Below, in pieces: positions 56,400 to 64,000 of a DNA stretch of 64,000 bases. Location of the stretch: positions 12,710,001 to 12,774,000 of the forward strand of contig OX597832.1 in assembly GCA_951406725.2 (NCBI GenBank). The letters run 5' to 3'. This stretch comes from Octopus vulgaris (lineage: Eukaryota). Within the stretch, counting starts at the first letter, position 1. Each line of letters opens with the position of its first letter. The notes under the pieces were generated by a model. It did no database searches. It was not told the DNA's origin and saw nothing but the letters and a program-made list of their open reading frames with translations. The translations under genes were made by a program, and so were the position numbers.

Positions 56400-57690
56400 A
56401 ACTGGACATTTTGGGGAAATTTTAAGTATAAAATTTCCTCAAACTTAGTTTCATGTAGTATCGTAACGTCTGCCAATTTCAGACCGTTGAAGAAGAAAAT
56501 TGCTCAAATCAACTGACAGTGTCTCTGGAGTAGGAACGATTCGACTGAGGAAAGGACTATCCACAGAAATATAGCCGAGACGTTGATAATACGTTCTTAT
56601 TCAAGGGGGGATAAAGTTATTACAGTTTTGTGTTCATTTAATTTAGAACACTTTCAAGAAGTCCTCGTAAAATTGAAAGCTTGTGTCAAAGCAGAACCAG
56701 GAAACAAATTATTGTAGTCCAAATGATGACAGGCCTCAAGAAAGTGATTAATTGCTGATTTCAACCTGAACTTCCTCATCATATTAATTTGACCTGATAA
56801 GTCGGAGAAGCCTTATTTCAAACACTATAGAGATAAAACGCCACTCAAAATTGGCTCAAAATTTCAGCATAAACACAGTTCGTATTGAAATAGCATCATG
56901 TAAAAATAGATGACCGAGAAAGAAAAAAATATTTTTATAACCTCTTTACGTAACAAAATCTCACAGATAACTAATTCTCAAATTGTTAGGACAGTGAGTT
57001 TTTCATTAAACAAAGTCCTGTGCACAAGGAAATATGATATACAGTTGTCAAATTGCTGTTAGTCCTGTTGTCGTTGTTCTTGTAGATGGTGTTAGCCACA
57101 TTTTCCATGATGAAGCAGATTTATGAAGAAAGCGCTCGTAGTTCAGTGTGGCCTGTTATCTGTATTTTCCTAAAGAGTATGCTCCCTCGATGACGTTATC
57201 CAATGCAAACATACATTTCTTTCTTAAAATTAGAGGAAGACGTTTGATTTGAAGCTATTTCCAGAAATTCGTCGGCGCTATTATAGCAAAATATTACAAA
57301 AAGAAGACAAGCTCACGATCGCTCTGTATGTATACCACAATTGATCAGATCTAGCTCTTCTTAGTGCTGTTTATATAAAATCTAGTGATGTCAGCTTCAT
57401 TGATGTTAACCGTGCTTCAAACATGATTGATAAAATTATTACCTTCCATTCTCCATCAACTCCACCCCCCACCGTATTAATCATCTTATAAAAGAGCAAT
57501 ATTTTAAATTTCCTCCTTGGACAGAAGAATTTCTGTCTGCCTTCTTTCCTTTCTATCAAACGTATTTCAAACTATGGCACTGCATTTTACAAAGACAACT
57601 GAGAATTGATTTTGACAATAATATTTCGAGAGAATCAAATTTTGCTTACCATACGCTTGTTTCAGAAAATCTGATTACCGACTCCCTGTA
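56400..57690 (-). mobile_element. Possible very old Tc1/mariner relic
   Basis: TA-CAGGGAGTC end at 57690 and faint transposase-like stretches (SYFLVHRTLFNEKL, FLGHLFLHDA). Confidence 0.3.
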
Positions 57691-57846
57691 TATACACATA
57701 TGTATATATATATACTCACACATGTACTTACACAGATATCTATATGTATGTATGCATGTATGTACGTACATATGGTTGGATGGCTGTATGTATGTTTGCA
57801 TATATGTACGTATGTATGTGTGTGTGTATAGATAGATAAATTGATT

Positions 57847-57904
<58 letters not shown>

Positions 57905-58174
57905 CAGACAGGTAGGTAGACAGACAGACGGACTGACACATAGATAGGTAGTTAGATAGAAAGATGGATAGACAGACACACAGACAGGCAGACAGACAGC
58001 TAGATAGATAGAAAGATAGATAGAAGGACAGACAGACTGATAGATAGATAGATACATACATACATACATGCATACATACATATATAGTAGACATGTATGT
58101 ACGTACGCTTGCATGGATGTTTGAATATACGTATGTATGAATGTATGCATGTATGTATTTGGTATATTCTATAA

Positions 58175-58572
58175 CGTTCATTCATTTCATAGTGACCATG
58201 CTGGGGCACTGTTTTGAAGAGTTTACTTGAATAAATCTTCTATAGTGAATAAATGAATAAATCTTCTAAGTTTTTAAGTCTGGTATATTTTCTCTCAGGC
58301 TTTTATGCCGAGCTGCTATATATGTTTATGTATTTGGACGTAACCGACCCAATACATAAACAGATAAACACGCACGCACACACGCACACGCGCACACATA
58401 CACATCTGTATGTGTATATATATGATGGGCTTCTAATTTCTGTAAACCAAATCCATACAGAAGGCTATGTTCGCTCAAGGGATTAAATGGAAGACACGTA
58501 CCAATGGTGCTACGCAGAGGAACTGAACCGAGAACCATGTGGTTAGGAAGCAAACTTCTTACCACACAACCA
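58175..58572 (-). mobile_element. Older SINE family A copy
   Basis: Degenerate reverse-complement match. Confidence 0.8.
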
Positions 58573-58634
58573 TTCATATGCATATACACACATATTTGCA
58601 TACATGCATCCATCCAGCCATATATAAATTCATA

Positions 58635-58679
<45 letters not shown>

Positions 58680-58682
<3 letters not shown>

Positions 58683-59070
58683 CGCAGAAGTAGCTGCATA
58701 CCAACCACATGGTTCCGGTTCCATTCCCACTGCGTGGCACCTTGGGTAAGACTCTTCTACTATAACCTCGGGCCGACCAAGGCCTTGTGAGTGGATTTGA
58801 TAAACGGAAACTGAAAGAAGCCCGTAATATATATGTATATATATGTGTACGTGTGTGTATGTTTGTGTGTCTGTGTTTGCCCCAACCCAACAACGCTTGA
58901 CAACCGATTGTGGTGTGTTTGCATCCCATAACTCAGTGGTTCGGCAAAAAAGACCTATAAAATAAGTACTAGGCTTCCCAAAAAATAAGTCCTGGGGTTC
59001 GATTTGCTCGACTAAAGGCGGTGCTCCAGCATGGCTGCAGTCAAATGACTGAAACAAGTAAAACAGAAAA
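58680..59070 (+). mobile_element. SINE family A
   Basis: Full-length match. Confidence 0.92.
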
Positions 59071-59708
59071 GAGAAAGAGATATACACACATACATACATA
59101 CATACATAATCTACATATCGAGAAATAATATCTGAATATATATTAACTATTTTCTGTGTGCTGTATATAATGAAGCATTTCCACTTGTTTAGCGCCTGCC
59201 TGTCTTCAAACTGTTCCAATGTCCATAAATATCAATCTATCTTTGAAATCAAAGGCTTTGGAATATGATTGTAGAAATATACTTGAAGGCTTTTCTGAGA
59301 AATCTGATTATTCCATTCCGTTATCAACATCTGATTTTTATATTTTTTATATTTATTTTATTCCGTTTTGCTTTTGGCAGTATTTCTTTTGTCACATCAC
59401 AATTTCTCTCCGATATGCTATTCATTGAATATTCCCTGTGATAGTTCATAAACCAGGATCTCATTAGTATAACTCGACAATATATCAATATATTACTTCA
59501 TCCACGGCTCACTCTACTTTCGGATTTAAAGAGAAATATTTTGTTGTATTATTTAGTATCCAAGCTTGAAATGGAGTTAGCTTTTAGCATAAGGATCTAT
59601 CCACTAATACATGTGTATGTGCCTGTGTGTTAGAGTTTGTGTGTGTATATACATGTCTGTTTGTACAAATGGATACATATACATATACATATATATATAT
59701 ATCTTTAC

Positions 59709-59785
<77 letters not shown>

Positions 59786-59934
59786 CATACATAATACATA
59801 CATATATAATAATAAATATTAGGGAATAAAACCAAATTTATATGTTTATATCTATATATGTGTATGCATCATCTAGCTAGCTAGCTACGAACGTGTGTTT
59901 GTGTGTGTATGTATGAGGCATGTGTCTTAATAGT

Positions 59935-60200
59935 TGGAGATATTCGGCTCACGATGATGAAGTTGTTTGTTCGATTCCAGGCGTTGAATTGTGTCCTTGA
60001 GCAAGAGTCTTAATTTTATGCTGCTCCAGTCCACTCTGCTAGTAATAGTTAGTTTTGCATCTAAATGAAAAGAGACAACCATGTTACATCTTTTTTCAAG
60101 ATGAATTTCTCTGAGAACTACATTAAGGATTTGTATGTTTGTGGATTGGTCAGCCATTTGCTAGTAAATATTACGATCAGGCGCTTCCGTTGAACGATGC
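59935..60200 (+). mobile_element. Degenerate SINE family C (tail type 1)
   Basis: gtgtccttgagcaag core and ctgagaactacattaagg...cagccatttgc...ttccgttga match the 5809 tail. Confidence 0.65.
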
Positions 60201-61800
60201 CAATCAAATGATGCCAATCTCATTTGTGAAGACGTAATGGAAACGAGCCAGGTATACTTCAATTTTTATATCACTTAGATTTGGGATGTTATGATGCCCC
60301 ATTAATAAGTGGGTGGAAAACATAGACATATTTGAGCATTCCATCGTAGAATTGTGCCCCTTTATGTTCTAGAAAGTAGCCGCGTTTCAAATAACTCTTA
60401 TCAAAGTTCTGCTTTATAGAGGCCTAATTGTAAGCAACAACGAACAAACAAACCAAACAAGGAAACCACATCATCAGTACCATTAGGTGTGTCTGTATTT
60501 AATCAATCTGATGCAGAATTTTAGACAAATCATGTATCCATGAGAAAATGACAATAATATAAACAGACAATAGTTGAAGTATAGCTTTAAAATTCATACC
60601 TTAAATAATCATGGCTCAAATAATCATAACTAGAATGCGTTTGACACTCTATTTGCTCGATGGAACTTGACCTAGGTTTTAGCAAAACAATTACACAGCA
60701 AAGGCCATGAAGCATTTTCTGTTTGTCCAATTCATTCTACATCCTAATGGTTATTATGTTTCACTTCTAAATTTGCTACTATTAGAAGCACACTTCTCAC
60801 TCAAAGCCATGCGTAAGATTTTCATAAATAGCTCGCGGCCATTTTATACCAACTAACATTTTTTTCGTTGAATCTATTTAATCCTTTGTAACTACAATGC
60901 AATTCACGACTAAAATAAATGTAATTTTCAAACATTTCCAGCAATTTAACAAAATATCCATTAAATAACAACTTTCAGTTGTTTGCTTCAAAATAACTCT
61001 GGATATAAGACTTTCACTAACATTATTTTAAATCATAGCGTTGTTGTTTTTCTGTGGGCATCCTTTCTATAGCAGTATAAAAGTAAATATATATATAACG
61101 AAAATAGAGAATCAATTTAGTGGAGAAAATCTCAATTGTCGAATTATAAACGAATATCAATTTAAATGATCCCTGACAAATAACAAACATTTTGTATTAT
61201 TTCTTTCGAGCTTAATAATATTAAATTATCTGTTACCTACCCGCGAAATTCTTTAAGAACGTCCTTGTTGACAAAGATATTTCATAACAATTCAACCAAA
61301 ATCAATCCTTTTATTACCATATATTGTGGAAAACGGCGGATGCTGTTGTGTTTATTTGTACTTTTCTAGATTATATATGGAGTAGATATAATAAAAAGTC
61401 AAATGTATATTTGATATTTCAGAGTATTGTCTCGAGCATACAGTCATTACAGATATTTATGCATTGCTTCAAATATATATTTAACTGTGGGTCTGAAATG
61501 ATGAAATTTTGAAATAGGCTTGTAAATATGACATTCAGGATAAGCATACATAGGATCATTATAAATTATATAGATAAACATATATATGTATTTATTTAAG
61601 TAACACTACGAAGCCAATGAATGTTTCTTTTTTTTTTAGAATTGCATCTTTAGATTACATAATTTGAATTTACCAAAATCATTTTAAAATAACCAAATGA
61701 TTATTAAGGAAACTTTTATACGTGAACAGAAAATTGAAGATATTTCAAGCATTGCTTAATGCAGAAATAATATATGTGTATGTTTGCTTGTTTGATTGTT

Positions 61801-61843
<43 letters not shown>

Positions 61844-62569
61844 GAGAGAGTGTTATATATATATATGTGTGTGTGTGTGTCTGTATGTGTGTGTGTCTTT
61901 ATATGCTAATATATATATAAATATATATTTATATATATTTATATATGCATCCATATGTGTGCAGGTGTATGTGTTTATGTATGTGTGTTCCTGTGTGTAT
62001 GTATGCATATGCATGTATAGTAAGAGAGAATAAGAGATTCATATTGATCTAAACATAGAGCCTGAGGGAAAATTGTATTAAAAATTTCAATTACAAACGA
62101 ACATAAATTTATTTGCGTAAAATTTGGTGAAAAATATCATTGAATGTGAGTGCAAAATGAAACGAGGAGATAAGAATAATATGATCTTAAAATTAGGCAA
62201 ATTTTGATAAATTAACCTAAAAAGTATTACCGCCTTATTGGATCGAAATGAATAGGACACAAAATCGTGCACATATATATAAATGATAAGATTATAAACA
62301 TGCGTAATACACAAATGTGCGTCACACAAACATATGTAGAACGAAATTTGGTATTTTAACCAGCGGATGCAATTTTATAATCGAAGACGTATAATTGGCT
62401 TGCGGTACGTAAAACATTTATATACGTACATTTAGTATGTTTTCAGCTGCTTCTCATAAACTGAAAGTTTTATATTAAAATCTCCGTTCGTATTTACACT
62501 CCTTTATATACTTTAGGCATGAATCCATGTAGATGTAACATACGTTCATGTGTGTCTGTGCCTATATAT

Positions 62570-62726
62570 AGGAGTGGCTGTGTGGTAAGTAGCTTGCTAA
62601 CGAACCACATGGTTCCGGGTTCAGTCCCACTGCATGGCATCTTGGGCAAGTGTCTTCTACTGTAGCACCGGGCCTACCAAAGCCTTGTGAGTTGATTTGG
62701 TAGACGGAAACTGAGAGAAGTCTGTC

Positions 62727-62777
<51 letters not shown>

Positions 62778-63371
62778 CAATATAGGGTGGCAAAAAATTT
62801 CGTGGAATTTATTTGCCACCAGCGGCCTAGTGGGAAAAAATTAAATAGTCATAGACCATTTATAAGTTCAACATCACAATCAAGGAATGGCCATAATAGG
62901 CCATTCACCCACTAGAAATAACAGCCAAAGCTTCAACCGCAAAATAACATTAATTCCGCAAACCAGGAGAAAATTAAAAAAACATTTACCCTGTAATTTC
63001 TTATACGATGCACCGTTTCATCTATTGTTTAATGGTAAACTAACCTGATTAAATTAAATCAAGCCAATCTTCCATAGGCCGATAGATTCGTCAGTAAGAA
63101 ACAGCCAGATCCGAGCAGATATTATCACGAGGCACCTCTATCCCTGCCTCGGCAATATCTGACCTAAAATTTTCAAATCATCGCACTCGCGATTTAATCA
63201 GGTTAGTTTACCATTAAACAATAGATGAAACGGTGCATCGTATTAGAAATTACAGGGTAACTGTTTTTTTAATTTTCTCCTGGTTTGCGGAATTAATGTT
63301 ATTTTGCGGTTGAAGCTTTGGCTGTTATTTCTAGTGGGTGAATGGCCTATTATGGCCATTCCTTGATTGTG

Positions 63372-63425
<54 letters not shown>

Positions 63426-63660
63426 CTGTGTGCGTGTGTGTGTGTGTCTGTGTTTCTGTGTGTCTGTACTTGTCCCCCTAGCATTGCTTGACAACCGATG
63501 CTGGTGTGTTTACGTCCCTGTCACTGAGCGGTTCGGCAAAAGAGTCTGATAGAATAAGTACTGGGCTTACAAAGAATAAGTCCCGGGGTCGATTTGCTCG
63601 ACTAAAAGCGATGCTCCAGCATGGCCGCATTCAAATGACTGAAGCAAGTAAAAGAATTAA
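62570..63660 (+). mobile_element. SINE family A interrupted by a foldback element
   Basis: 5' half at 62570-62727, 3' half at about 63440-63660. Confidence 0.9.
62775..63373. mobile_element. Foldback/MITE-like element with 182-bp inverted arms
   Basis: Arms 62873-63054 and 63192-63373 (two mismatches seen); a diverged left-end homolog lies at 45388-45548. Confidence 0.85.
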
Positions 63661-63675
63661 GAGAGTGCATATATA

Positions 63676-63714
<39 letters not shown>

Positions 63715-64000
63715 CTAGATATATCAATTTGTGTTGGTCTGTGTGCGTGCTTGCATGCATGTGTGTGCATGTGTGTGTATCTGCGTGTATCTGTATCTGT
63801 GGCAGTGTGTGTGCAGTTTTAAATGTGGTGGTGATCGACTTCACGTATATAGCGATACACCAAATTAAAAAGTTGAAAATCAAGCATCATTATTTAATAA
63901 ATCAGATTATAGTTCCAGTTTTGTTGGATCCTTAATTCCTAGTATTCACATTCTTTTTTCCCTAAATATTCCTTACACGGGACTTGCTGATAAAGTTTGG

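Noticed and set aside
58326-59219. Longest ORF (297 aa)
   Set aside because: Chance read-through of two SINEs and microsatellites.

Overview
Eukaryotic, very AT-rich, microsatellite-saturated DNA whose tRNA-derived SINE families look like those of octopods (organism is an inference). Almost all ORFs in the supplied track are microsatellite or antisense artefacts, and no intact protein-coding gene is evident. Manual translation of the minus strand shows a heavily decayed multi-exon receptor-type protein tyrosine phosphatase-like pseudogene from about 31.2 kb down to about 1.3 kb. Its parts lie in the expected order: signal-peptide exon, many FN3-like exons, a juxtamembrane region, then D1 and D2 PTP motif remnants, with partial tandem duplications at 5.6-13 kb. 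The rest is SINEs (three families, several with target-site duplications), LINE fragments (CR1-like, RTE-like, R4/Dong-like in TAA repeats), MITE/Helentron-type elements and several hammerhead-ribozyme-like motifs. The most interesting items are a head-to-head palindromic tRNA-SINE with a hammerhead-type tail, a hammerhead-like tandem repeat, a candidate plus-strand recursive splice site, and several long hairpins. All family assignments were made by eye, without database searches.
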